Assembly (NCBI GenBank): GCA_046757665.1
Contig: JBHHYO010000003.1
Location: forward strand, 24,146 to 88,145
Direction: 5' to 3'
From: Nitrospinales bacterium
GTDB taxonomy: Bacteria > Nitrospinota > Nitrospinia > Nitrospinales > JAJDAT01
Length of the DNA stretch: 64,000 bases
In this document: piece by piece, positions 16,703 to 26,279 of the stretch
Layout: every line of letters starts with the position of its first letter
Position numbering within the stretch: the stretch's first letter is position 1
Made by a program: the position numbers and the translations under genes
The notes under the pieces: model-generated
The model's input: the letters and a program-made list of their open reading frames with translations, nothing else
The model's database searches: none
Told to the model about the DNA's origin: nothing

Positions 16703-18976
16703 TCAGCCGGCCGCCAATTTCCCGCCGCCCGCGGGATTCAAATCCGCAGACAGTTTTTTTGGGTTCATCTTGGGGGAGACCTTTTTGCGGAATTTTTTCA
16801 CCCGCTCGACGTGGATCACCCCTTGCGTTTTGGCGACTTCCTGCAGAGTCCGGTTAAGATGTTCCAGGTCGCAAACCTCGATGGAAAAATCGAAATAGGC
16901 TCTTTTGTAAGCGCCCTGTGTAATGGCGGCGCGGGTGATGTTGATATCGCTATTGGCCAGCACACCGCTGATTTCTGCCAGCAGACCGGGTTTGTCTTCT
17001 GAAACGATGGAGATACGCATGGGGTAGCAGGTTTTCCGGGCGGAATCCCATTCCACCTCTATCAGTCTTTCCGACTCCCCGGCAAGCTTGCCTATGCTGA
17101 GGCAATCGACGGTATGGACTGAAATCCCGCGGCCCCGGGTGATGTAACCCAAGATCTTGTCTCCCGGCACCGGCGAGCAACATTTCCCCATTCGCAACAG
17201 CAGGTCGTCGTTGTTGAAGTTTTTGACCTTGATCCCGATATCGCGGCGCTGTTGAGACGCCGTTCTCACTGCGGGTTTCAGATGCGGGGCGTCGCCTGCC
17301 TTCTGGCTTGCCAGCTTCTCCTTGGGGATAAGTTTTTCGGCAAAATGCCGGGCGGAGATTTTTCCGAACCCGATGGCCGCCAGCAAGCTGTCGAACGAGT
17401 TGAATCCACACGCTTGGATAGCGGCTTCCAAAGGTTTTCCCTTGAGCAGGGAAGCGGGATTGAGGTCGCACCTGGAAATTTCTTTTTCCAGCAATGTCTT
17501 GCCCAGCTCCAGGTTGCGTGCCTTTTCACGGCTGTTTAAAAAACTCAGGATTTTACTGCGCGCCCTGGAAGTTTTGACCAGGGCCAGCCAATCGCGGCTG
17601 GGCGTTTTTTGCTTGGAGGTGAGAATTTCGACGCGGTCGCCATTGCGGAGCTTGTATCTCAAGGGAACGATTTTGCCGTTCACCTTGGCGCCGAGGCAAT
17701 GGTGTCCGATATCCGTATGCACGAAATAAGCGAAGTCCACCGGGGAGGCTCCGTCGGGCAGGGCGACCACCTCTCCCATGGGAGTGAAAACGTACACTTC
17801 ATGGGGATATAAATTTACCTTGAAGGCGTCGAGGAATTCTTTCGGGTTTTTGAGTTCTTCATGGCCTTCCAGCAAGCGGCGCACCCAGACCAGTTGCTGT
17901 TCCATTTTTTTTGGCTGGCCACCGCCGCCTTCCTTGTATTGCCAATGGGCGGCGATGCCTTCCTCGCAAACCTTGTGCATTTCTTCAGTGCGGATTTGCA
18001 CCTCCACCCGTTGCCCGTCCGGCCCCATGACCGTCGTGTGAAGCGAGCGGTACATATTGGGTTTGGGCATGGCGACGTAATCCTTGAATTTGCCGGGGAT
18101 CGGTTTCCACAGAGAATGGATCAGGCCTAATATGGCGTAACAGTTTTTTACCGTATCCGTCAGCACACGCACACCGACCAGGTCGTACACGTCGTTGAAG
18201 TCAATGCCCTGGTCCTGCATTTTTTTGTAAATGCTGTAAAAATGCTTCGGCCTGCCCACAACGGTTCCATGGATGTTGGCCGCTTTCAGTTCCTTGGAGA
18301 CAAGGTCGCAAATGCCTTGCACGTATTTTTCGCGGGCTCCCTTGGCCTGGGCGATTTTTTGCCGAATCATCCGGTCTTCTTCGGGATAAATATACCGGAA
18401 CGCATCGTTTTCCAGTTCGGCTTTCAACCAGCCGATACCCAGTCGATTGGCCAGGGGCGCGTAAATTTCCAGGGTTTCCTTGGCGATTCTTTGTTGCGCT
18501 TCCCGGGACATGGAATCGAGTGTTTTCATATTGTGAGCACGGTCCGCCAGCTTGATCAAAACAACGCGGATGTCGCGGGCCATGGCAAGGATCATTTTGC
18601 GAAAATTTTCCGACTGTTTTTCCTCGCGGGTGGCGACTTCCATTCGTCCGGAAAATTCCATTTTGCTGATTTTGGTGACACCGTCCACCAGTTGAAACAC
18701 CTCTTCGCCGAATAGTTCCTTGATTTCTTCCGGCGTTGCCGTCGTATCTTCCACGGTATCGTGCAAGAGGCCGACGGCTACCGTGATTTCGTCCAGTTTT
18801 AATTTGGTAAGATTGAAGGCGACCGCCAAGGGGTGGGAAAGATAGGCGGCTCCGGATTGCCGGCTCTGCCCTCTGTGGGCCTTCGCGGAAAACACATAGG
18901 CTTCCAGGATGATATCCAGGTCCGCCTCTGGATGGTAACTGAGAACCGCGTTGGTGATGTCATCCAGTTTCAACAT
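16703..18976 (-). CDS. rel: Bifunctional (p)ppGpp synthetase/hydrolase
   Basis: LLHDTVED (HD), KLADRAHN, RPKHFYSIYKK, EVQIRT; TGS and ACT domains. Confidence 0.96.
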   Translation of the reverse strand: MLKLDDITNAVLSYHPEADLDIILEAYVFSAKAHRGQSRQSGAAYLSHPLAVAFNLTKLKLDEITVAVGLLHDTVEDTTATPEEIKELFGEEVFQLVDGVTKISKMEFSGRMEVATREEKQSENFRKMILAMARDIRVVLIKLADRAHNMKTLDSMSREAQQRIAKETLEIYAPLANRLGIGWLKAELENDAFRYIYPEEDRMIRQKIAQAKGAREKYVQGICDLVSKELKAANIHGTVVGRPKHFYSIYKKMQDQGIDFNDVYDLVGVRVLTDTVKNCYAILGLIHSLWKPIPGKFKDYVAMPKPNMYRSLHTTVMGPDGQRVEVQIRTEEMHKVCEEGIAAHWQYKEGGGGQPKKMEQQLVWVRRLLEGHEELKNPKEFLDAFKVNLYPHEVYVFTPMGEVVALPDGASPVDFAYFVHTDIGHHCLGAKVNGKIVPLRYKLRNGDRVEILTSKQKTPSRDWLALVKTSRARSKILSFLNSREKARNLELGKTLLEKEISRCDLNPASLLKGKPLEAAIQACGFNSFDSLLAAIGFGKISARHFAEKLIPKEKLASQKAGDAPHLKPAVRTASQQRRDIGIKVKNFNNDDLLLRMGKCCSPVPGDKILGYITRGRGISVHTVDCLSIGKLAGESERLIEVEWDSARKTCYPMRISIVSEDKPGLLAEISGVLANSDINITRAAITQGAYKRAYFDFSIEVCDLEHLNRTLQEVAKTQGVIHVERVKKFRKKVSPKMNPKKLSADLNPAGGGKLAAG

Positions 18977-19239
18977 ATGTTATGCCCATTGTGGCGAAAT
19001 TTTCCGTATCGGTTTTCCGGTCTGCAAAAAAACCTGCAGGCACGCCGAATGGCCGGAATAAACGCATTTTTTTCAATGAGTTCCCCATAAACATAAATAC
19101 TCCGGAACTTTGTAGTTGTCAACTTTCTTTTTTTCCGGTAAATGTTTGACGGCAAACGCCTCTGCCGCCGAACGAGCTTTTTCCGACCCGCGGGTTTGCA
19201 ACCGGTCGGCGGCACAACTGGAGAAATAATTCAATAAAC

Positions 19240-21369
19240 ATGAAAGTGCGCTCAAAACATATCAGCCCGCGTTCCCTGGACGACCCGATCCGATTCATCA
19301 AGGGCGTCGGGCCCAAAAGGGCCACTTTACTTCAAAAACGCAATCTTTTTACGGTCCGCGACTGCCTGTATTTTCTCCCTTACCGCTACGAGGACCGAAG
19401 CCACATGCAAAAAATTTCCCAACTGGTTGCCGGAGAGCAGGCGACCTTCACGGGAACCGTCGTCAATGCAGGTTCCTTTTCCGCCGGGAGTAGAAGAAAA
19501 ATTTTTGAGATGATCATTCAAGACGATTCGGGCGTTATCCGCGCCAAGTGGTTTCGCTTTAACGAACCCTACCTGCGTGAAAAATTCAAACCCCGATCGA
19601 CGGTCATTGTTTCCGGCAAACCCGGCATCAACCGCTATGGCGGTTCCGGCCTGGAAATCATCCATCCCAATATCGAAATCTTTTCCTCCGGCGACGATCC
19701 GAGCCTGGAAATGGGCAGGATCGTTCCGGTTTATCACAGCACGGAAGGTTTGCACGCGAAAAGCCTGCGGACTATTTTTAAATATGTGATCGATCATTAT
19801 TGCGATCTGATCGAAGAGATTCTTCCCGACGACATTCTTCGACGCAACCGGATGATGCCGCGGCAAAAGGCTGTTGCAGAGGCTCATCTGCCGCCCAACG
19901 GCACGTCCTTGACCCGTCTGCAAAATTTCACTTCGCCCGCCCAGCAACGCATTATCTTCGACGAACTGTTCCTGATCCAGTTGGGTCTGGCCTTCAAAAG
20001 GAAACACCGGACCAAACAGACACGCGGGCACAGCTTCAAAACCCGCGGCCCGACCATCAAAAAATTTGTCAAACGGTTGCGGTTCGAGCTGACCCGGGCG
20101 CAGAAAAAGGTTCTCAACCAGATCATGAACGATCTGGAGAAGGACACACCCATGAACCGGCTTCTGCAGGGAGACGTGGGTAGCGGCAAGACCATCGTTG
20201 CCCTGATCACCCTGCTGACCGGCGTGGACAACGGTTATCAAGGCGCCTTGATGGCCCCGACGGAGCTTTTGGCCGAACAGCACTTCTTGAATTTGCAAGC
20301 CGATTGCCAGGCCCTGGGCGTCGGCATCGAGTTGATAACTTCCGGCATCAAGGGAAAAACTCAAATTCTAAACGATATTCACGCCGGGAAAACCGCGATT
20401 ATCGTGGGCACCCATGCGCTGATTCAGAAACAGGTCCGGTTCCACAATCTGGGCGTGGCAGTCATCGACGAACAGCACCGGTTCGGCGTATTGCAACGCG
20501 AGGCGCTGGCCAGGAAAGGGTTGCACCCGCATACGCTCGTCATGACCGCCACCCCCATTCCCCGGTCGCTGGCCCTCACGCTGTACGGAGACCTGGATGT
20601 TTCCATCATCGACGAATTGCCGCCGGGCCGGATGCCCATTGATACGAAACTCAGTTTCGGAAACAAACGCCACGAGGTTTACGAATCCGTTCGCCGGGGA
20701 ATTTACGAAGGCCGGCAAGCCTACGTCGTCTGTCCCTTGATCGAGGAAACCGAAACCCTCGATCTGCAAACGGCGGTGGAGGTGCGGGAAGATTTAGCCT
20801 CCCTGTTTCCCGGCTTGACGGTCGGCCTGATCCACGGCAAGATCAAACCCGACGAGCGTAGCCGTATCATGTCCCGGTTCAAGGCCGGCGACATACATAT
20901 TCTGGTTTCCACCACCGTCATCGAAGTCGGCATCGACGTTCCCAACGCCACGGTAATGATTATTGAACACGCCGAGCGTTTCGGCTTGTCCCAGCTTCAT
21001 CAGCTTCGTGGCCGGGTGGGCCGGGGCGGCCATTCGTCCCAATGCCTGCTGATCGCCTATTATCCGCTGACCGACGAAGCCAAGGCTCGCCTTCAAGCAA
21101 TGCTGAAGACCGGCGACGGCTTTCGGATAGCGGAGGAGGATATGAATATCCGGGGGCCTGGCGATTTCATGGGCACCCGCCAGTCGGGCCTGCCTGAGTT
21201 GCAGGTTGCCGACCTCGTCCGCGATATTCGCATCCTGGAAGTAGCCCGCAAGGAGGCTTTTGCTCTTATAGAACGCGACCCCAACTTGCAAGACCACGGC
21301 AACCACAAGCTCAAGGACGATTTCCGCCGGTTCATGGGCAACCGGCTGGACCTGATGGACATCATTTGA
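19240..21369 (+). CDS. recG: ATP-dependent DNA helicase RecG
   Basis: QGDVGSGKT, DEQHRFG, TATPIPR, HQLRGRVGRG. Confidence 0.97.
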   Translation: MKVRSKHISPRSLDDPIRFIKGVGPKRATLLQKRNLFTVRDCLYFLPYRYEDRSHMQKISQLVAGEQATFTGTVVNAGSFSAGSRRKIFEMIIQDDSGVIRAKWFRFNEPYLREKFKPRSTVIVSGKPGINRYGGSGLEIIHPNIEIFSSGDDPSLEMGRIVPVYHSTEGLHAKSLRTIFKYVIDHYCDLIEEILPDDILRRNRMMPRQKAVAEAHLPPNGTSLTRLQNFTSPAQQRIIFDELFLIQLGLAFKRKHRTKQTRGHSFKTRGPTIKKFVKRLRFELTRAQKKVLNQIMNDLEKDTPMNRLLQGDVGSGKTIVALITLLTGVDNGYQGALMAPTELLAEQHFLNLQADCQALGVGIELITSGIKGKTQILNDIHAGKTAIIVGTHALIQKQVRFHNLGVAVIDEQHRFGVLQREALARKGLHPHTLVMTATPIPRSLALTLYGDLDVSIIDELPPGRMPIDTKLSFGNKRHEVYESVRRGIYEGRQAYVVCPLIEETETLDLQTAVEVREDLASLFPGLTVGLIHGKIKPDERSRIMSRFKAGDIHILVSTTVIEVGIDVPNATVMIIEHAERFGLSQLHQLRGRVGRGGHSSQCLLIAYYPLTDEAKARLQAMLKTGDGFRIAEEDMNIRGPGDFMGTRQSGLPELQVADLVRDIRILEVARKEAFALIERDPNLQDHGNHKLKDDFRRFMGNRLDLMDII

Positions 21370-21439
21370 GCGCGAAAAAAAATTCCTGCTACGGATTTAT
21401 GAGATAATCGGGTAGAAGAAAAACGGGAGCTGTTTCATC

Positions 21440-22222
21440 ATGAAAATCATCGTCTGCGTCAAACAGGTTTTAGATACCGCCGCGAAAATCCGCATTGCGG
21501 ACGGCGTGGTGGAGGCTGAAGAAATCCCGCGCATCCTCAACCCCTACGACGAGTATGCCGTCGAGGAGGCCGTCCGCATCAAGGAAAAAATGCCGGACAC
21601 CGAGGTTACGTTGCTCACGGTCGGGCCGGAAGGTTTCCGCAAGGTTTTGCAGACCGGCCTGGCGATGGGCGCCGACCGCGCGGCGCACCTGCTGGACAAG
21701 GCTTTTGAGGGGTTGGACCATTATGGCGCCGCCCGCGTTTTGGCCGATGCCGTTCGCTCCATGCCTTTCGACCTGATCCTGTGCGGACGTCAGGCGGTGG
21801 ATGACGACATGGCGCAGGTGGGGCCTGCATTGGCGGTACTGCTTGGCATTCCCTTCGTATCCGTCGTCACCGACTTGTCCCTGACAGCGGACGGAAAACG
21901 GGCCGTCGTCACCCGGCAGATTGAGGGCGGGTCGGAAACCCTGGACGCACCCTTGCCGCTCCTCTTGACCTGCCAAAAAGGCCTGAACGAACCTCGGCTT
22001 CCTTCTCTCAAAGGAATCATGGCCGCCAAGAAAAAAGAAATCCAGGCGCTGGATGCTCAGGCCATTGGGTTCGACCCCGCCACCCTGGGGCCAGGCAAGG
22101 CGAGGCAGGTCGATTTGTCCTTGCCCCCGCAAAGGAAAAAGGGCATTATCTTGGAAGGCCCCGCGGAGGAATCCGCCGCCAAGCTGGTAAAAATTCTGCG
22201 CGAGGACGTCAAAGTCGTTTGA
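21440..22222 (+). CDS. etfB: Electron transfer flavoprotein beta subunit
   Basis: MKIIVCVKQV, NPYDEYAVEEA, GRQAVDDDMAQV, NEPRLPSLKGIMAAKKK. Confidence 0.95.
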   Translation: MKIIVCVKQVLDTAAKIRIADGVVEAEEIPRILNPYDEYAVEEAVRIKEKMPDTEVTLLTVGPEGFRKVLQTGLAMGADRAAHLLDKAFEGLDHYGAARVLADAVRSMPFDLILCGRQAVDDDMAQVGPALAVLLGIPFVSVVTDLSLTADGKRAVVTRQIEGGSETLDAPLPLLLTCQKGLNEPRLPSLKGIMAAKKKEIQALDAQAIGFDPATLGPGKARQVDLSLPPQRKKGIILEGPAEESAAKLVKILREDVKVV

Positions 22223-22262
22223 TGAACCGCAAAATCAGCCCTCGAACAAACGCCATGGTCCC

Positions 22263-22427
22263 ATGATCACCCAATTAAAGGAAACCACCCGAAAATACAA
22301 AAGCGAGATCGGCCTCGCCGCGCTTGTCATTTATATTTTCTTGCTCGGCCTGGGCACCGTCGGCGAGCTTTGGGACATCGAATGGATTCTCGACCTGCCC
22401 ATTTTCCGTCCCCCCGGCAAGTATTGA
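22263..22427 (+). CDS. Small single-pass membrane protein (54 aa), below the ORF-track cutoff
   Basis: Manual translation: MITQLKETTRKYKSEIGLAALVIYIFLLGLGTVGELWDIEWILDLPIFRPPGKY*; GC3-rich codons. Confidence 0.65.
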   Translation: MITQLKETTRKYKSEIGLAALVIYIFLLGLGTVGELWDIEWILDLPIFRPPGKY

Positions 22428-22486
22428 CCCGACGGGCGGCCCCTGCCCTGTCCACCGGTTTGTTTAGCGGAAGGATGCGATGAGCT

Positions 22487-23695
22487 TCATACGACTCGAA
22501 ATTCCGGGACGGGAACGATGAATTTGCCGCCGGCCTCGCGCCATTGGGTTTCGCGGACATAGAATTCATCGAAAAACGCCCACGGCAGTACCAGAAAATA
22601 ATCCGGGCGCTCCCGCCGGGCCTGTTCCTCGGAGATGATGGGAATCATCGTTCCCACGGTGTACTTTCCCCATTTTTCCGGACTGCGTTCGGCGGCGGCC
22701 TTGATCCAGGAGTGGTCGAGCCCGTAATACTGCAAGATCGTGTTGCCCTTGGTGGAAGCGCCATAGACGTAAACCGTTTTTCCGCGCCCGACTTCCCGCT
22801 TGATGAAGTCCACGCACTTTTTTTTGTTTTCCTCGATGCGGCGGGAAAAGGCCTGGTAGTCGTCTTTCGTGTAGCGTTCGTCGAATGTGATTCCACCGCC
22901 CCGGTAATGCCGGCAGTAAATCCGGTAACTGCCGCCGTTGACATCGTTTTCTTCCAGCTTGAACATTTCCAGGCCATTGTGTTCAAAAAGGTAGCGCAGG
23001 GATTCGAGAGAATAAAACTCCAGATGCTCATGGCAAATGTTGCCGACGTCATTTTTTTCCAGCATGGGGCGCAGGCACATCAACTGCGCCACGAACACGC
23101 CGTCATCGGCAAGCACCCGGGTTACGTCGGCCACAAACTGGTTGGGATTCTCCATGTCGTAGAACATGCCGATGGCGGTGACGACTTTCGCCTTGCCGAG
23201 CCCATGGGCGCGGGCCAGGCTGTCGTACGCTTCGTAACTCCAGAAATCGTGAATGACGAAATCGGCGTTCTGCTTCAATTGGTCGATCAGGTTGTCGGCC
23301 GGTTCGCAACCCACCTTGCGGATGCCCTCCGCGGTAAAGGTTGTCAGCATGGTGCCGTCGTTGGCGCCGATGTCCAGCACCACGTCGCCCGGATTCAAGG
23401 GCGTCATCGCCTCGACGCTTGCCGTGATATCGCGCAGGGCGTTGCGCATGGTGTCCGTCACGCCGGACCGGTACCAGTAAAAACGCGAGTACATGAGTTC
23501 CATCGGCGCGGTGTGCCGCAATTGCAACAAGGAGCAGTTTTCGCATAAAATCATATCCAGCGGCGCCTTGATGCCTTCATCCTTACTGCTCACAAAGGTA
23601 GAGACGTACAGGTTGCCCAGCGTGAAGATTTCCTCCAGGCTTTCCGATCCGCACAGCCGGCAGGTAGTGCGGGTTATTATTTTTTTTTGATTCAT
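22487..23695 (-). CDS. NDP-sugar C-methyltransferase family (Zn-binding N-terminus, class I SAM)
   Basis: CRLCGS...CENCSLLQL, LDIGANDG, ICHEHLEFYS, YGASTKGNT, PDYFLVLPW. Confidence 0.87.
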   Translation of the reverse strand: MNQKKIITRTTCRLCGSESLEEIFTLGNLYVSTFVSSKDEGIKAPLDMILCENCSLLQLRHTAPMELMYSRFYWYRSGVTDTMRNALRDITASVEAMTPLNPGDVVLDIGANDGTMLTTFTAEGIRKVGCEPADNLIDQLKQNADFVIHDFWSYEAYDSLARAHGLGKAKVVTAIGMFYDMENPNQFVADVTRVLADDGVFVAQLMCLRPMLEKNDVGNICHEHLEFYSLESLRYLFEHNGLEMFKLEENDVNGGSYRIYCRHYRGGGITFDERYTKDDYQAFSRRIEENKKKCVDFIKREVGRGKTVYVYGASTKGNTILQYYGLDHSWIKAAAERSPEKWGKYTVGTMIPIISEEQARRERPDYFLVLPWAFFDEFYVRETQWREAGGKFIVPVPEFRVV

Positions 23696-23935
23696 CGGAT
23701 TCCTCTGGTGGAGCGGCCTTTTCCGCTTCCGCGGTCGATTGTGGTTGAAAGCCCGTTGCGGCTTTTGCCCGCCTATCTGATTTCCCGACACTTGGCGGGG
23801 CAAATGGATTAAACTACAAGGATTATCGTTACCCTTGGACGCTCGTCAAGGTTTTTTTCTCAGAAACCGAAAGCCGCTTGTTGCGTTCTCCAACAAAGCT
23901 TCGGTGAAAATCAATCCCCAAGGCTCGCTTGCCGG

Positions 23936-26260
23936 ATGAAAGGTCCTGTCGTTTCACTTTCAATTAAAACCCGGGTTTTGTGCTTGTTTGTGCTGACCCT
24001 GCTACCAATGGCGGCGTATTTTAACTCCCTGCAGGGATCGTTTCAATACGACGACGCTCAGATACTCGAACAACCCTGGACTTCCGATTTCGACCATTTC
24101 CGGAGAGACGTTGTTTTTCTGTTCGGCAAAGAGGGGCTGGACTTAAGCGCAATCGCCCATCGCCCCGTCCTTCTTTTGACCTTCGTCATCAACAACGTTC
24201 TCCATCCTCGCCAGGTTCTTGGCTTTCATTTGGTCAATCTTCTTCTCCATGTATTGGTGACGGTTTTGGTTTTCATGATTGTCGGGCTGTCAGGGGAGCT
24301 TCTTGATCGTGCCAGCGGCGCGGCGCGTGGCCAAGCAGAGGCGGCATCCCGATCCGGCGAGCAGGGAAATCCTTGCCGCTCGACGGCTATGCCGTTGACG
24401 ACGGCGCTCCTTTTTGCCCTGCATCCACTGGCCACCGATTCGGTATCTTATATTTCTTCCCGATCGACGCTTCTGGCGACGTTTTTTTATCTTGCGGGCT
24501 TGTATGCGTTTCTTCGCGTATTTTCTCTTCCAAAGGGCCGGGGCCGCTGGATTCTCCAAACCACTTTGGCGGTGGCCGTTGCCGTCTTGTACTATCTCGC
24601 CGTTGCTTCGAAACTGACGGCGGTGACGTTTCCCGTTCTGCTGGGCGTCTGGTTTGTCTTGATCGTCAGTCCCGGATGTTTTCCCCGCCTCCATGCCCGT
24701 TTGCTCAGCCCGGGGATGCTGATCGTTTATGCCATAGTACTGCTGGTTGCTTTAGGCGTGGCTCTCGGCTTCAAGCCGCGGGACAAGGGACTGGACATGT
24801 ACGGACAGTGGGGCTACTTTTCGACGCAACTTAAAGTAATCTTGTTTTATTACCTGAAGCTGTTTTTTCTCCCCTTCAACCAAAACGTGGACATTGGATT
24901 TCCTTTTGCCGCCGGAACGGACCTCAAAACTCTTCTGGCCATAATGGTTCTGTCCGGCATGGTGGTTGGGGTACTGCTGAAAGGCGGCCCGTTACTCAAG
25001 GCGGGGACAGCCTGGTTTTTTCTGACCCTTGCCCCCACGTCCAGTTTTATTCCGCTGAATGACCTTGCGGTGGAACACCGGATGTACCTGCCCATGTCGC
25101 TGGGGCCATGCCTGATTGCGGGGCTTTGGGCTTCTAAAATGGCCCGGCCGCGCCGATTGTGCGTCTGGATGCTCCTTTTCCTGACGGCGGGAGTTTTGAC
25201 CACCGCCCGAAACCGGGTCTGGCTCAGCGAAATATCCCTGTGGCAGGACGCAATGGCCAAGTCGCCCTATTCTCCGCGACCCTACAATAATCTAGGGAAA
25301 GCCTACTACGAAAAAAATGAGAAGGAGCGCTCCATGGCGTTTTTCCTCAAGAGTACCCGCTTGTCTTCAAACTTCGCCGAGCCTCACTACAACCTGGCTA
25401 ACGTCTACATGGATTTGAACCGTTTTGCGGATGCCGAGCGGGAATACCAAACCGCTATCCGCTTGGACCCGGAATATTACGCCGCCTACCTGGGTTTGGG
25501 ATCGATCTATAACCAAACCGGACGATACGAAGAAGCTGTTAAAAATTACCACCTGGCCAACGACGCCTGGAAACTTTACCGACCGGGCAACTATGCTTTG
25601 GCAAAACTAAACCTGGGCGAAACTTACGGTAAACTTGGCCGTCTCGAAGAGTCCATAAAAGAATCGCGGCAGGCCCTGGACGTTTTCCCAAAAATGCACA
25701 AAGCATATTTCAACCTGGGAACGGCATACATGAAGCGGGGCGACCTCGAAAACGCCGAGCGATCTTTCCTCGCCTGTCTGGATATTAACAGCGATTTTGA
25801 GCAAGCCCAGTTCAACCTGGCTCATCTTTTTCAGTTGAAAAAAGACTGGGGAAAATCAATCCAATGGTTCGAAAAATTTTTACAAACCCAGGGGCCCGAT
25901 GCCAAGGCGTATTTTGGAATTGCCTGGAGTTATCAACAAATGAAGCAGTGGGCTCAAGCCCGAATGTTCTATGAAAAAGCCCTCACCGCCAGGCCGGATT
26001 ATCTGAGCGCCCAAATCAATTTGGCTAACGTGTATATTCAACTGCAACAGTTCGACCAGGCCCTGGCTCATTTTGCCAAGGCCCTGGAGCAACAACCGGG
26101 ACAGTTCCGGATTCACGTTCAGATGGGACTTCTGTACTGGAAAACCAGGCAGGATAAAATCAACGCCAGGGCTCATTTCAAAAAAGCCCTTGAACTAGCT
26201 CCCGGAGCCCCAGAACAAAAACAGGTGGCCCAACTGATCCGGGCTTTATCGCAATCGTGA
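23936..26260 (+). CDS. TMTC-like GT-C membrane glycosyltransferase with C-terminal TPRs
   Basis: FQYDD luminal loop, HRP, FHLVNLLLH, LFALHPL..SVSYISSR, EHRMYLP, RNRVW.SEISLW, then many TPRs. Confidence 0.8.
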   Translation: MKGPVVSLSIKTRVLCLFVLTLLPMAAYFNSLQGSFQYDDAQILEQPWTSDFDHFRRDVVFLFGKEGLDLSAIAHRPVLLLTFVINNVLHPRQVLGFHLVNLLLHVLVTVLVFMIVGLSGELLDRASGAARGQAEAASRSGEQGNPCRSTAMPLTTALLFALHPLATDSVSYISSRSTLLATFFYLAGLYAFLRVFSLPKGRGRWILQTTLAVAVAVLYYLAVASKLTAVTFPVLLGVWFVLIVSPGCFPRLHARLLSPGMLIVYAIVLLVALGVALGFKPRDKGLDMYGQWGYFSTQLKVILFYYLKLFFLPFNQNVDIGFPFAAGTDLKTLLAIMVLSGMVVGVLLKGGPLLKAGTAWFFLTLAPTSSFIPLNDLAVEHRMYLPMSLGPCLIAGLWASKMARPRRLCVWMLLFLTAGVLTTARNRVWLSEISLWQDAMAKSPYSPRPYNNLGKAYYEKNEKERSMAFFLKSTRLSSNFAEPHYNLANVYMDLNRFADAEREYQTAIRLDPEYYAAYLGLGSIYNQTGRYEEAVKNYHLANDAWKLYRPGNYALAKLNLGETYGKLGRLEESIKESRQALDVFPKMHKAYFNLGTAYMKRGDLENAERSFLACLDINSDFEQAQFNLAHLFQLKKDWGKSIQWFEKFLQTQGPDAKAYFGIAWSYQQMKQWAQARMFYEKALTARPDYLSAQINLANVYIQLQQFDQALAHFAKALEQQPGQFRIHVQMGLLYWKTRQDKINARAHFKKALELAPGAPEQKQVAQLIRALSQS

Positions 26261-26279
26261 ACAAATCGCACCCAACGCC

